Source: an uncultured Elusimicrobia bacterium
GTDB taxonomy: Bacteria; Elusimicrobiota; Elusimicrobia; 2-01-FULL-59-12
DNA length: 64,000 nt
Reading direction: 5' to 3'
Assembly (NCBI GenBank): GCA_963702895.1
Contig: OY969767.1
Coordinates: 512,001 to 576,000 of the forward strand
Shown: one piece after another, positions 30,070 to 38,785 of the stretch
Layout: the number at the start of each line of letters is the position of its first letter
Position numbering within the stretch: position 1 is the first letter of the stretch
Position numbers and translations under genes: made by a program
The notes under the pieces: generated by a model
Database searches by the model: none
What the model saw: the letters and a program-made list of their open reading frames with translations, nothing else
Told to the model about the DNA's origin: nothing

Positions 30070-31281
30070 ATGAAACGCACCATTTATCTCGATCATAACG
30101 CGACCACGCGACCTCGACCGGAAGTGGTGGAGGGGATGCTTCCTCACCTGCGCAGCCATTACGGCAACGCGTCCAGCCTCTATGCGCTCGGTCAGGAAGA
30201 GCGCCAAGCGATTGATGTCGCGCGCGCACACGTTGCGCGTTTGATTGGGGCGCAAAGTCCAGAAGAGGTCGTCTTCACCAGCGGCGGCACCGAGTCGATC
30301 AATTGGGCGATTCAGGGGGTGGCCCATGCGAACCGTTCCAAAGGGCGGCATATCGTCACGACGGCCATCGAACATAGTGCGGTCCTCAAAACCTGCCAGT
30401 ATTTAGAAACGTTGGGCTGGCAGGTGACGTATGTGGGGGTCGATGGGCGTGGACGCGTGAGCCCCGCCCAGATCCAGGAAGCGCTCACGCCAGAGACGGT
30501 GCTCGTCAGCGTCATGCATGCCAATAACGAGATCGGCACGATGGCCGAGGTGGATAAAATTGGCAAGCTCTGCCGTGCGCAAGGCGTTCCCCTGCATGTT
30601 GACGCGCTGCAAACCGTCGGGAAAATCCCTGTTTCGGTCGAAACGCTGCCGTGCGACCTTTTGTCCATCGGTGCCCACAAGTTTTATGGCCCCAAAGGTG
30701 TTGGAGCCCTCTATCTTCGCCCTGGGACCAAGATCCACCCGCTTCTGTATGGAGGAACACACGAGCGCAACCGGCGGGCCGGAACAGAAAATGTCCCCGG
30801 TATTGTCGGGATGGGTATCGCATCGGCACTGGCCGCCAAAGACATGAAGAACGATGAAAAGCATGTCTGCCACCTCCGTGATCGGTTGGAGAAGGCGCTT
30901 CTCGCGAAGCTGGAGTGTGTGCAGTTGAACGGCGATCCTGAACATCGCCTCTTCAATACGTCCCATCTGAGCATCGAGGCTCTCGAAGGGGAGGGGCTCA
31001 TCATGGGCCTTGATATGGAGGGCCTCTGTGTGTCCTCCGGGAGCGCCTGTTCTTCGGGTCAAACGGCGCCCTCCCATGTCCTGCGAGCGATCGGGGTGCC
31101 CCTCGAGCTGTCCAAGGGATCGGTCCGTTTCTCTCTTGGTCGAGACAACACCGAAGAAGAAATTGAGCGGGTCCTGGAGGTCTTCCCCAAGGTGGTCGAG
31201 CGCTTGCGCCATCTTTCGCCGCTTTGGGGCGATTATCAGAAGGGACTTCGAAAGTCGGTAATCACCAAACTGGAGGTGTAG
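30070..31281 (+). CDS. iscS: Cysteine desulfurase IscS/NifS type
   Basis: YLDHNATT, FTSGGTES, HKFYGPKG, SSGSACSS. Confidence 0.92.
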   Translation: MKRTIYLDHNATTRPRPEVVEGMLPHLRSHYGNASSLYALGQEERQAIDVARAHVARLIGAQSPEEVVFTSGGTESINWAIQGVAHANRSKGRHIVTTAIEHSAVLKTCQYLETLGWQVTYVGVDGRGRVSPAQIQEALTPETVLVSVMHANNEIGTMAEVDKIGKLCRAQGVPLHVDALQTVGKIPVSVETLPCDLLSIGAHKFYGPKGVGALYLRPGTKIHPLLYGGTHERNRRAGTENVPGIVGMGIASALAAKDMKNDEKHVCHLRDRLEKALLAKLECVQLNGDPEHRLFNTSHLSIEALEGEGLIMGLDMEGLCVSSGSACSSGQTAPSHVLRAIGVPLELSKGSVRFSLGRDNTEEEIERVLEVFPKVVERLRHLSPLWGDYQKGLRKSVITKLEV

Positions 31282-31291
31282 TGCGTTTGTC

Positions 31292-31644
31292 GTCACCCCG
31301 GCGAAAGCCGGGGTCCAGAGCACACCATGGAAAAACGGCCTTGCGTCTACATCCTAGCAAGTCATAGGAATGGCACACTGTACGTTGGCGTTACCTCAGA
31401 TTTGCTTAAACGAATTTGGGAGCACAAATATGATGTTGTTGAGGGATACACTAAGAAATACAAGGTTCATACGTTGGTTTGGTATGAAATGCATGTGACA
31501 ATGGATGCCGCGATCCGGGCGGAAAAGGCTCTCAAAGAGTGGAAGAGATCTTGGAAATTAGAGCTGATTGAAGAAAAAAATCCCGAGTGGAAAGACTTGT
31601 ATGAAGAACTGCTTTGACTGGATTCCGGCTTTCGCCGGAATGAC
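31292..31644 (+). mobile_element. REP-flanked GIY-YIG cassette 1
   Basis: Left arm 31292-31318, ORF 31327-31617, right arm 31618-31644 starting at the base after the stop codon. Confidence 0.75.
31327..31617 (+). CDS. Small stand-alone GIY-YIG nuclease
   Basis: VYILAS.RNGTLYVGVTSDL.KRI.EH, EK.LKEWKRSWK..LIE..NP.W.DL; AT-richer than flanks. Confidence 0.93.
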   Translation: MEKRPCVYILASHRNGTLYVGVTSDLLKRIWEHKYDVVEGYTKKYKVHTLVWYEMHVTMDAAIRAEKALKEWKRSWKLELIEEKNPEWKDLYEELL

Positions 31645-31649
31645 GATTT

Positions 31650-32948
31650 GTGAGTAGCAAAGTGGTCGTGGCTATGTCGGGCGGGGTCGATAGTTCTGTG
31701 GCCGCGGCGCTCCTCAAGGAGCAAGGCTATGACGTCTACGGCGTTACCATGCGCCTGGCCGATTGGCAGGCGACAGAAGGCCCCTCCTCCGCCAAGGCTA
31801 CGGAGGGCCAGCCCTCCATAGCCTCTGCGACGGAGGGCCAGCCCTCCATAGCCTCTGCGACGGAGGGCCAGCGGACCTTTGGGGGCTGCTGCGGTTCCAA
31901 GGATTTCTACGACGCGCGCTCCGTGGCGCAAACGCTGGGTATACCCCACTACAGCTTTGATTATGTGGAGAAGTTTCGGGGTTCTGTGATCGGCTATTTC
32001 AAGGACAGCTATTTAAAAGCGGAGACCCCCAATCCCTGTATCGCCTGTAACCGGCATGTGAAGTTCGGCGCGCTCCTGGAGAAGGCGCTCGCCCTCGGGG
32101 CGGATTACCTCGCGACGGGACATTACGCAAGAATCGACAGCCGTCCGAGGTCCGACGTCCGAGGCGCCGCACAACAGGAGCCCACCAGCCGTGTGGCGGG
32201 GCCGGAATCTGGCGTCGGACGTCGCACGTCGGACGAGTTTGTTCTGAAGAAAGCTGTTGATCCCGCCAAAGATCAATCCTACGTCCTTTACGGACTCGGC
32301 CAGAAAGAGCTGTCTCGGTTGCTCTTCCCCTTGGGGGGGCTTATGAAGCAGGATGTTCGCAAGATTGCCAGGCGCTACAATCTCCGCACGGCTGATAAGC
32401 CAGACAGCTATGAGATCTGCTTTGTGCCGAATGAGGATTATCGTCAGTTCTTGACCGAAGAAGTGCCGGAATCGCGTCGTCCCTCCGGCCCGATCCGTCA
32501 TGTGGACGGGAGGGTCTTGGGCACCCACCACGGGCTTCCGTTCTATACAATTGGCCAGCGCGAGGGACTTGGGATTTCGGTCGGACGGCCTCTTTATGTC
32601 ACAGCGCTTGAGCAGGCAACCAACACCCTGGTGGTGGGGTCCAAAGAGGATGTGCTCTCAACATCTTGCGTTGTTCGGGAGCTGAGCTGGGTGAGCGGCG
32701 AGGCGCCCAGCATGCCGGCCGAGGTAACGGCCAAAATCCGTTCACGTCACGTGCCCTCACCCTGCACCCTCTCCCGCGTGCACGCGGGAGAGGGAGAGTC
32801 CGACGCGAAGCGGAGCGGCGAGGGTGAGGGTAGAGTTTTTCTGACTTTTGGCAGCCCGCAGTCCGCCGTCACCCCCGGTCAGGTTGCTGTGTTCTATCAG
32901 GGTGACGAAGTCTTGGGAGGAGGAGTTATCGATCATGCCGAAAAATAA
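31650..32948 (+). CDS. mnmA: tRNA 2-thiouridylase MnmA with three in-frame repeat insertions
   Basis: SGGVDS, GCC, PNPCIACN, ATGHYAR, KDQSY, EICF, YTIGQREGLG, TPGQ. Confidence 0.96.
   Translation: MSSKVVVAMSGGVDSSVAAALLKEQGYDVYGVTMRLADWQATEGPSSAKATEGQPSIASATEGQPSIASATEGQRTFGGCCGSKDFYDARSVAQTLGIPHYSFDYVEKFRGSVIGYFKDSYLKAETPNPCIACNRHVKFGALLEKALALGADYLATGHYARIDSRPRSDVRGAAQQEPTSRVAGPESGVGRRTSDEFVLKKAVDPAKDQSYVLYGLGQKELSRLLFPLGGLMKQDVRKIARRYNLRTADKPDSYEICFVPNEDYRQFLTEEVPESRRPSGPIRHVDGRVLGTHHGLPFYTIGQREGLGISVGRPLYVTALEQATNTLVVGSKEDVLSTSCVVRELSWVSGEAPSMPAEVTAKIRSRHVPSPCTLSRVHAGEGESDAKRSGEGEGRVFLTFGSPQSAVTPGQVAVFYQGDEVLGGGVIDHAEK
31770..31872. repeat. 30-bp tandem hairpin repeat in frame within mnmA (ATEGQPSIAS)
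   Basis: gcgacggagggccagccctccatagcctct-like units at 31797 and 31827, with degenerate/partial units at 31770 and 31857. Confidence 0.9.
32143..32234. repeat. Inverted heptamer array (GTCCGAS x3 ... GTCGSAC x3) in frame within mnmA
   Basis: gtccgag gtccgac gtccgag ... gtcggac gtcgcac gtcggac. Confidence 0.88.
32754..32830. repeat. Family B palindrome (CCCTCACCC..CTCTCCC..GGGAGAG..GGGTGAGGG) in frame within mnmA
   Basis: Shares 30 identical nt (ctctcccgcgtgcacgcgggagagggagag) with the copy at 38871-38900. Confidence 0.9.
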
Positions 32949-34194
32949 ACTGACAACCGTCCGACGTCCGGCGTCTGAGGCCCAAAGTCCCATGCCAGGC
33001 GTCGCACGTCGCACGTCGGACGGTCACCGTGAAATCTATTTTGATAACGCCGCCACCAGCTTCCCCAAACCTGCTGGTGTTGAGGCGGCCCTTCTCCACT
33101 ATCATCACGAACTGGGGGCTTCCGCCGGTCGAGGCGCTTATCCCCGTGCTGTGCTCACCAGTCGTCTTCTCGACGATACACGGAAGCTCTTGGCCTCCTT
33201 TTTTAATATTCGGATACCCAGCCAGATTGTGTTTACGCTCAATGCCTCAGATGCCTTGAATCTGGCGATCAAAGGCTTCGATTGGAGAGTGGGCGACAAC
33301 GCTGTGGTGAGCGCGATGGAACACAACTCCGTCCTCCGACCCCTGCATGCGCTCAAAGCCCGCAGAGGCATCAAAGTGATCAAGGTCAAGGCATGCCCCG
33401 AGGGCTTGATCCGTCCTCAGGACATCGCCAAGGCGATCACCGCGCGCACGCGACTGGTTGTGGTGGTCCATGCGTCGAACGTCACGGGCTCCATTCAGCC
33501 TATTGAGGAAATCGGCCGGATCACAAGCCACAAGGGTGTTCCCTATTTAGTGGACGCCTCCCAGTCCGCCGGGGTGCTGCCGATTGATGCGGAGGCGATG
33601 AAGATCGATTTGCTCGCTTTCCCGGGGCATAAGGCTCTCTTGGGGCCGCTCGGAACAGGTGCACTCTATATTCGGAAGGATCTCGATCTTGAAACCATAC
33701 GCGAGGGTGGTACAGGCAGCCAATCGGAGCAGGAGGTGCAGCCGGATTTCCTGCCGGACAAGTTTGAGTCGGGATCCCATAATGCGTTGGGGATCGCGGG
33801 GTGGAAGGCAAGCCTTGAGTTTCTGGCCAGAGAAACGCTGGCCAAAGTCCGCAGCCATGAAGTGCGGCTGACGGAAATGTTCCTCGAAGGGCTGCGGTCC
33901 ATCGGGAGCGTCCAAGTTTATGGGCCAAAAGACGTTGCCAAGCAAATGGCGGTGGTCTCGATGCGAGTGGGAGAGTTCGCGCCCCCCGAACTCTCGCATA
34001 GGCTTTATGAAATGGGAAAACTGATGACCCGTTCGGGTCTTCACTGCGCGCCGGGTGCCCACCAGGCGATCGGCACCTACCCGCTGGGCACCACGCGATT
34101 TTCCTTTGGCTACTTTAATACTCCGCAGGACATCGACCAAGCACTTCAGGTCCTGGGCGACATCGCTAAGAACAGTTCGATTGCCATGAAATAA
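32935..34194 (+). CDS. Aminotransferase class V / cysteine desulfurase family protein
   Basis: IYFDNAATSFPKP, HASNVTG, VDASQSAG, PGHKALLGP, RSGLHCAP; start uncertain (32935 or 32992). Confidence 0.9.
   Translation: MPKNKLTTVRRPASEAQSPMPGVARRTSDGHREIYFDNAATSFPKPAGVEAALLHYHHELGASAGRGAYPRAVLTSRLLDDTRKLLASFFNIRIPSQIVFTLNASDALNLAIKGFDWRVGDNAVVSAMEHNSVLRPLHALKARRGIKVIKVKACPEGLIRPQDIAKAITARTRLVVVVHASNVTGSIQPIEEIGRITSHKGVPYLVDASQSAGVLPIDAEAMKIDLLAFPGHKALLGPLGTGALYIRKDLDLETIREGGTGSQSEQEVQPDFLPDKFESGSHNALGIAGWKASLEFLARETLAKVRSHEVRLTEMFLEGLRSIGSVQVYGPKDVAKQMAVVSMRVGEFAPPELSHRLYEMGKLMTRSGLHCAPGAHQAIGTYPLGTTRFSFGYFNTPQDIDQALQVLGDIAKNSSIAMK
32959..33021. repeat. Inverted heptamer array in the 5' end of the aminotransferase gene
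   Basis: gtccgac gtccggc gtctgag ... gtcgcac gtcgcac gtcggac. Confidence 0.82.
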
Positions 34195-34231
34195 GCAACT
34201 TCCCGGGGACGTCAAGGAGCACTTTGTGAGG

Positions 34232-35482
34232 ATGGGACGCAAAAAGAAAAACGCGGTGTTCGGTCTGATTCTTGCGGGGGGCAGCAGTTCGCGTCTTTTC
34301 CCCTTCAATAAGGTCCTCTCGGATTTCACGGGTTCCGGAAAATCCCTCATCCAGCAGGCGTATGAGCGCCTGGAACTGCCTGCGCAGAGGATCTTCGTTC
34401 TTACCGCCAGCGACATGCTGGCTCCGATCTCCCGTCAGCTTCGGGTCCCCCGCCAAAACATTTTTGTCGATCCGGCCCGGCGCGGGACCTGGCCGGCCAT
34501 TCTTTGGGCGATGGCCCATTTGCGCCAACAGGACCCTGAAGCGCTGATCGCGCTCGTGACCGGTGACCCTGTCATCCAAGGCAAGGGGGCCTTTCGAAAG
34601 TCGATGCATGGAGCGCTTGCGGTGGCCCGGGATCATCGCGCGTTTGTGATGATCGGGATTGCTCCGAGCCAGAATGCGAGCGACTGGCGCAGCTTCGGGG
34701 TGTTCCGCTCCGATGCCCAAGGCCGAGTGACGGATTTTGAGGAAAAGCCTTCCCTTGAGCGCGCCCAAGAGATGATGAAAGATGGGCATTACCTCTGGAA
34801 TTCCGGTATGTTCTTCTTCCGGATCTCCACCGCGGAAGAGGCCCTGGCGCGATTCCAGCCGGACATGTTCCGTGTGTATCAAGCCATGGCCGCGGCAATC
34901 GCCTCGGGGAAAAAGGACGAGGCGGCTTTTCTGTTTCAGGATTTTCCGGAGAAAGTCACGCACCCTCTGGACCCCACCCGTTACGTCGACAACTCGATCG
35001 ACTATGCCATCATGACGCCTCTTGTGAGCCGGCAAGGTTCGGGACTTGAGGCCCGGGCCGTTCAGGCCGCCCGTTTCCAATGGACCGACCTCGGGCAATG
35101 GGACGCCCTGCGTCAAGTGATCAAGCCGGACCGGGCGGGCAACATTCGACTCGGTTCTGTGAGCCTCAAGAGGGGCGTACGCCATTGTATTCTCGTCGCT
35201 GAGAAAGCACATCGTGTTCAAGTGGGCGATGTGGAGGGCCTGGTCATTGCCTTTGCGCGCAACACAGCCCTGGTCGTGTCGATCGAGCAGCTCTCCCGGA
35301 TGAAGGAGATCGTCCAGGAGGCCCTGAAGCATCCCGACCGCATCGTGATTGAACAGGATGTGACAGAATGTGAGATGGAGGTTTCTGAAGGCAGGCTCTT
35401 GGCGATAGGGCTTTCGGGCTTGCGGATCCAACTCCAGAAGAAGCAGCTTTTCGTCTCCTGCAAGCCCGGTTTTATACAATAA
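34232..35482 (+). CDS. Mannose-1-phosphate guanylyltransferase-like nucleotidyltransferase
   Basis: ILAGGSSSRLFP, F.EKP, WNSGMF, SIDYAIM, WTDLGQW. Confidence 0.82.
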   Translation: MGRKKKNAVFGLILAGGSSSRLFPFNKVLSDFTGSGKSLIQQAYERLELPAQRIFVLTASDMLAPISRQLRVPRQNIFVDPARRGTWPAILWAMAHLRQQDPEALIALVTGDPVIQGKGAFRKSMHGALAVARDHRAFVMIGIAPSQNASDWRSFGVFRSDAQGRVTDFEEKPSLERAQEMMKDGHYLWNSGMFFFRISTAEEALARFQPDMFRVYQAMAAAIASGKKDEAAFLFQDFPEKVTHPLDPTRYVDNSIDYAIMTPLVSRQGSGLEARAVQAARFQWTDLGQWDALRQVIKPDRAGNIRLGSVSLKRGVRHCILVAEKAHRVQVGDVEGLVIAFARNTALVVSIEQLSRMKEIVQEALKHPDRIVIEQDVTECEMEVSEGRLLAIGLSGLRIQLQKKQLFVSCKPGFIQ

Positions 35483-35487
35483 CACCC

Positions 35488-36654
35488 ATGAGTATTCCGA
35501 CGGAGCATTGGCACAAGCTCACGCGCAGCTGCGCGGAAATCATTTCGGAAGAGGAGCTCAGGAACAAGCTCCAAAAAGCCAAGCCGCTCCGGGTCAAGCT
35601 CGGCGTCGACCCCACGGCGCCCGACCTTCATCTGGGGCACCTGGTGGTGCTGCGCAAGCTCAAGGCGTTTCAGGACCTGGGTCACCAGATTGAATTCATC
35701 ATTGGGGATTTCACGGCTCGCATCGGCGACCCTTCCGGTCAGTCGGTCACCCGTCCCGCGCTCAAGGCCCAGGATATCTGGGAACATTCCAAAACCTATC
35801 AAGATCAGGTCTTTCAGGTGCTCGACAGGAGTAAAACCCAGGTGCGCTTTAACAGCTCCTGGCTCAATGCCCTGGGAGTCCAGGGGCTTCTTGAGCTCCA
35901 GTACCGCTTCTCCGTGGCCCAGATGCTTGAGCGGGCGGATTTCGCCGAGCGCTTCGCGAATCATAAGCCGATTTCCATGATTGAATTTATGTATCCCCTC
36001 CTGCAGGGCTACGACTCCGTGGCCATCCAGGCGGACGTCGAGCTGGGCGGCAGTGATCAGAAGTTCAATCTGCTCATGGGGCGCGAGATGCAGATCAAGT
36101 ATTCCCAGGAGCCGCAGGTGGTGGTCACGATGCCGCTCCTCGAAGGCCTCGACGGCGTCAAAAAAATGTCCAAGTCCTACGGCAACTTTATTGCCTTTAA
36201 TGACTCGCCCCAGGATAAGTTTGGAAAACTGATGTCCATACCGGATGCGCTCATGCTCAAGTACGCGGAGCTTCTCACGGAATTGGATCTGGCGGCGCTC
36301 AAGGCGATGCACCCCCGGCAGGCCAAAGAGCTCTTGTCCAAAACGATCACGGCATTCTTTCATGGCGAAGAAGCTGCCCGGGAGGCTGCGGAGGACTTCA
36401 CGCGTGTCTTCACCAAGAAAGAAGCCCCTCATGAGGTGTCTGAATTTAAAGTGCCAAGAGCTTCCCATCGGCTCGTCGATCTTCTGGCCGCCTCAGGCGT
36501 CGCGCCGAGCAAAAAGGAGGCCCAGCGGCTGCTCGCCCAGGGGGCTGTCGAGGTGGACGGCAAGCGCGTGGGCGAAAAGGACGTGCTGGATTTGCAGTCG
36601 CCTGTTCTGGTGCAGGTTGGCAAGCGGCGTTATGTGCGCGTAATACCGGAGTGA
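35488..36654 (+). CDS. tyrS: Tyrosine--tRNA ligase
   Basis: GVDPTAPDLHLGH, YPLLQGYD, GGSDQKFN, KMSKS, C-terminal S4 domain. Confidence 0.97.
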   Translation: MSIPTEHWHKLTRSCAEIISEEELRNKLQKAKPLRVKLGVDPTAPDLHLGHLVVLRKLKAFQDLGHQIEFIIGDFTARIGDPSGQSVTRPALKAQDIWEHSKTYQDQVFQVLDRSKTQVRFNSSWLNALGVQGLLELQYRFSVAQMLERADFAERFANHKPISMIEFMYPLLQGYDSVAIQADVELGGSDQKFNLLMGREMQIKYSQEPQVVVTMPLLEGLDGVKKMSKSYGNFIAFNDSPQDKFGKLMSIPDALMLKYAELLTELDLAALKAMHPRQAKELLSKTITAFFHGEEAAREAAEDFTRVFTKKEAPHEVSEFKVPRASHRLVDLLAASGVAPSKKEAQRLLAQGAVEVDGKRVGEKDVLDLQSPVLVQVGKRRYVRVIPE

Positions 36655-37604
36655 AACTCTTTCGCGTCATTGCGGCGAAAGCCGCCCCCCTTCCACCCGG
36701 GGGACTGTCCCGACCCATCCTTCCAAAGATACGGGACGGAATCGATGAGTTCAAAGGGTGGGGCCCGGCGTGCGCCGTGATGACGGCCATCTTTCTTTCT
36801 GCTCCTTTGGCCCACGCTTTGCCCCCTACCCTCCTGCTCTCCACCACCACCCTCCTTCCTGGCGAAACACTCCGCATCGAAGTGGATGGCGCCTCCCCCG
36901 AAGCGAGGCTTAAAGTCCGGTGGATGGGGAAACTCTTCCCATTTTATTTTGTGGGGCCCAACGCGCAGCGGGCGATCATCGGCATGAAGCTCGATACACG
37001 TCCGGGCCGCTACGACCTTGTGTTCAAGGACCAAAGAGGCGTTGTACCGGAAATCCCTGCGGCACGTGTCGAGATCGCGACCAAAGTCTTTACCACCGAA
37101 CATGTCAACTTTTCGAAGGACAAGACCGCCTTGATGAAAGCGGAACACCGGGAAAGCCAGATCATCGGGCGAGCCAAGATGTATTTATCCCGAGATCAGC
37201 AGTGGGAGGGCCCGTTTATGTACCCGGTGAGCGGTGAGAAGATTGGCGAATTCGGTTTGAAGAGAATTCGAAATGGCCATATGGACGCGGGCTTCCATAA
37301 GGGGATTGATCTTCGCGGCAGTAAAGGAACGCCGGTCCTTGCGGCCAACTCCGGCACGGTGGTGCTCGCTTCCAATTTTAAAGCCCACGGGAAAACGGTC
37401 CTGCTCAATCATGGACAAGGGGTGATGACCATCTACTTACACCTGCAATCCATCTCTGTAGACCTTCGTCAAAAAGTGCGCAAGGGACAGGAAATCGGCA
37501 AGGTGGGGTCCACGGGACTTTCAACCGCTCCCCATGTTCATTTTCAGGTGTATGTGCATGGCGTTCCCGTAGACCCTGATCAGTGGGTCAACCATGAATT
37601 CTAA
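36651..37604 (+). CDS. M23 family metallopeptidase
   Basis: HKGID, YLHL, GSTGLSTAPHVHF, PVDP; start uncertain. Confidence 0.88.
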   Translation: MKLFRVIAAKAAPLPPGGLSRPILPKIRDGIDEFKGWGPACAVMTAIFLSAPLAHALPPTLLLSTTTLLPGETLRIEVDGASPEARLKVRWMGKLFPFYFVGPNAQRAIIGMKLDTRPGRYDLVFKDQRGVVPEIPAARVEIATKVFTTEHVNFSKDKTALMKAEHRESQIIGRAKMYLSRDQQWEGPFMYPVSGEKIGEFGLKRIRNGHMDAGFHKGIDLRGSKGTPVLAANSGTVVLASNFKAHGKTVLLNHGQGVMTIYLHLQSISVDLRQKVRKGQEIGKVGSTGLSTAPHVHFQVYVHGVPVDPDQWVNHEF

Positions 37605-37938
37605 AGCGGGACCTTCCCTCACTCCGAAAAAGGTGAGCTCCAAAGAGGGGCGTATCGAGATTGTTTGGAGCGACGCTCACCTGAGCCAGTATCGCGCTCG
37701 AGAGGTGAGGTTGGCGTGTCGATGTGCTGGCTGCGTGGAGGAGTGGACGAACGTCTCTCTCGTCAAGCCAGAGCTGGTGCCGGTGGATCTTCAGGCCAAA
37801 GCCATCGAGAGCGTGGGTCATTATGCCCTTCATATCGACTGGTCGGATGGGCATAACACGGGCCTCTATACCTATGACTACTTGCGGGAGTTGTGTGCGT
37901 GCGATGAGTGCAGGGCCACGAGAAGTTTTGCCGTTTAA
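37594..37938 (+). CDS. DUF971 / gamma-butyrobetaine hydroxylase N-terminal-like protein
   Basis: I.WSD.H, R.ACRCAGC, VGHYAL.I.WSDGH.TGLY..DYL. Confidence 0.88.
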   Translation: MNSKAGPSLTPKKVSSKEGRIEIVWSDAHLSQYRAREVRLACRCAGCVEEWTNVSLVKPELVPVDLQAKAIESVGHYALHIDWSDGHNTGLYTYDYLRELCACDECRATRSFAV

Positions 37939-37945
37939 ATGTGAC

Positions 37946-38025
37946 GTCATCCCCCCCGGCCGTAAGGGGGGGATCCATCATCCAAGAAGGCATCATGGAT
38001 CCCGGCTGACGGCCGCCGGGATGAC
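37946..38025. repeat. Family A REP-like doublet, long-loop type
   Basis: gtcatcccccccggccgtaagggggggatccatc ... atggatcccggctgacggccgccgggatgac. Confidence 0.9.
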
Positions 38026-38785
38026 AGTATGGATGGTAGTTTGCGTATTTGTTCCGGTGGGGCTTTCCACCCGGCCGAATTCCGCTACACGTGCCTTCAA
38101 TGAAGGGGTCAAGCTTTTCAACGCTCGTCAGTTCAACCAGGCCGTTTCCTCCTTTGATGAGGCGATCTCAAGCGATCCTGACTTTGCGGAAGCCCTCTAC
38201 GCTCGCGGGTCTTGCAAGTACTACCTGAAGTCTACGGATGCGGCCCTCATGGATTTAAACGCGGCGCTGCGTCTTAAGCCCGATTACCTGGAAGCGCGCT
38301 CTCTTCGCGGCGCCCTTCATTACGAGGCGGACCGCTGGGATGAGGCGATACAAGACTTTAACGCGGTACTCAACAAGGATCCGAGCGAGGCGCAGGCGCT
38401 TTTGGGTCGCGGTATTATTCGACTCAAGCGCGAAGAGCTGGATGGGGCGGAACGCGACTTCCGCAACTTCCTGCGCGTTCGACCGGACGACCCCGTGGCC
38501 CCACAGCTGCGCAAGGTGCTCGCGTCCCTGCATCCGAAAGAAGGGTCGGGCGGCGAGGGGTCTCGGCCAGTCAGCTCGCGTGCTCCCTCGAGGCCAAGAA
38601 CGCCTCCCGTCGACTACCAAAAAATGGCGGATGGGCTTCTCGGGCCATCGATGTCCGAGTCCTATCACCAAAAGGTCATGCGCGGCGAAAACCCCCAGGC
38701 CGTAGGGGATATCCATTCCGTGCCGAGCGTCTCCAAGCCCCCAAAGCCCGCGGACTCTGGTTACGTCATCGTTGATCCGGAGTGA
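38021..38785 (+). CDS. Tetratricopeptide repeat protein
   Basis: About four TPR units (A..FN.G, ALYARG, A..D.NA.L..P); start at 38021 or 38033. Confidence 0.82.
   Translation: MTVWMVVCVFVPVGLSTRPNSATRAFNEGVKLFNARQFNQAVSSFDEAISSDPDFAEALYARGSCKYYLKSTDAALMDLNAALRLKPDYLEARSLRGALHYEADRWDEAIQDFNAVLNKDPSEAQALLGRGIIRLKREELDGAERDFRNFLRVRPDDPVAPQLRKVLASLHPKEGSGGEGSRPVSSRAPSRPRTPPVDYQKMADGLLGPSMSESYHQKVMRGENPQAVGDIHSVPSVSKPPKPADSGYVIVDPE

Noticed and set aside
31770..31872. 30-bp repeats as a CRISPR array
   Set aside because: Units are directly tandem with no unique spacers, lie in frame in mnmA, and no cas genes are present.
36680..36770. Possible repeat insertion in the M23 peptidase N-terminus (GGGGACTGTCCC and a weak hairpin)
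   Set aside because: Single weak occurrence and an uncertain start codon; not enough support.
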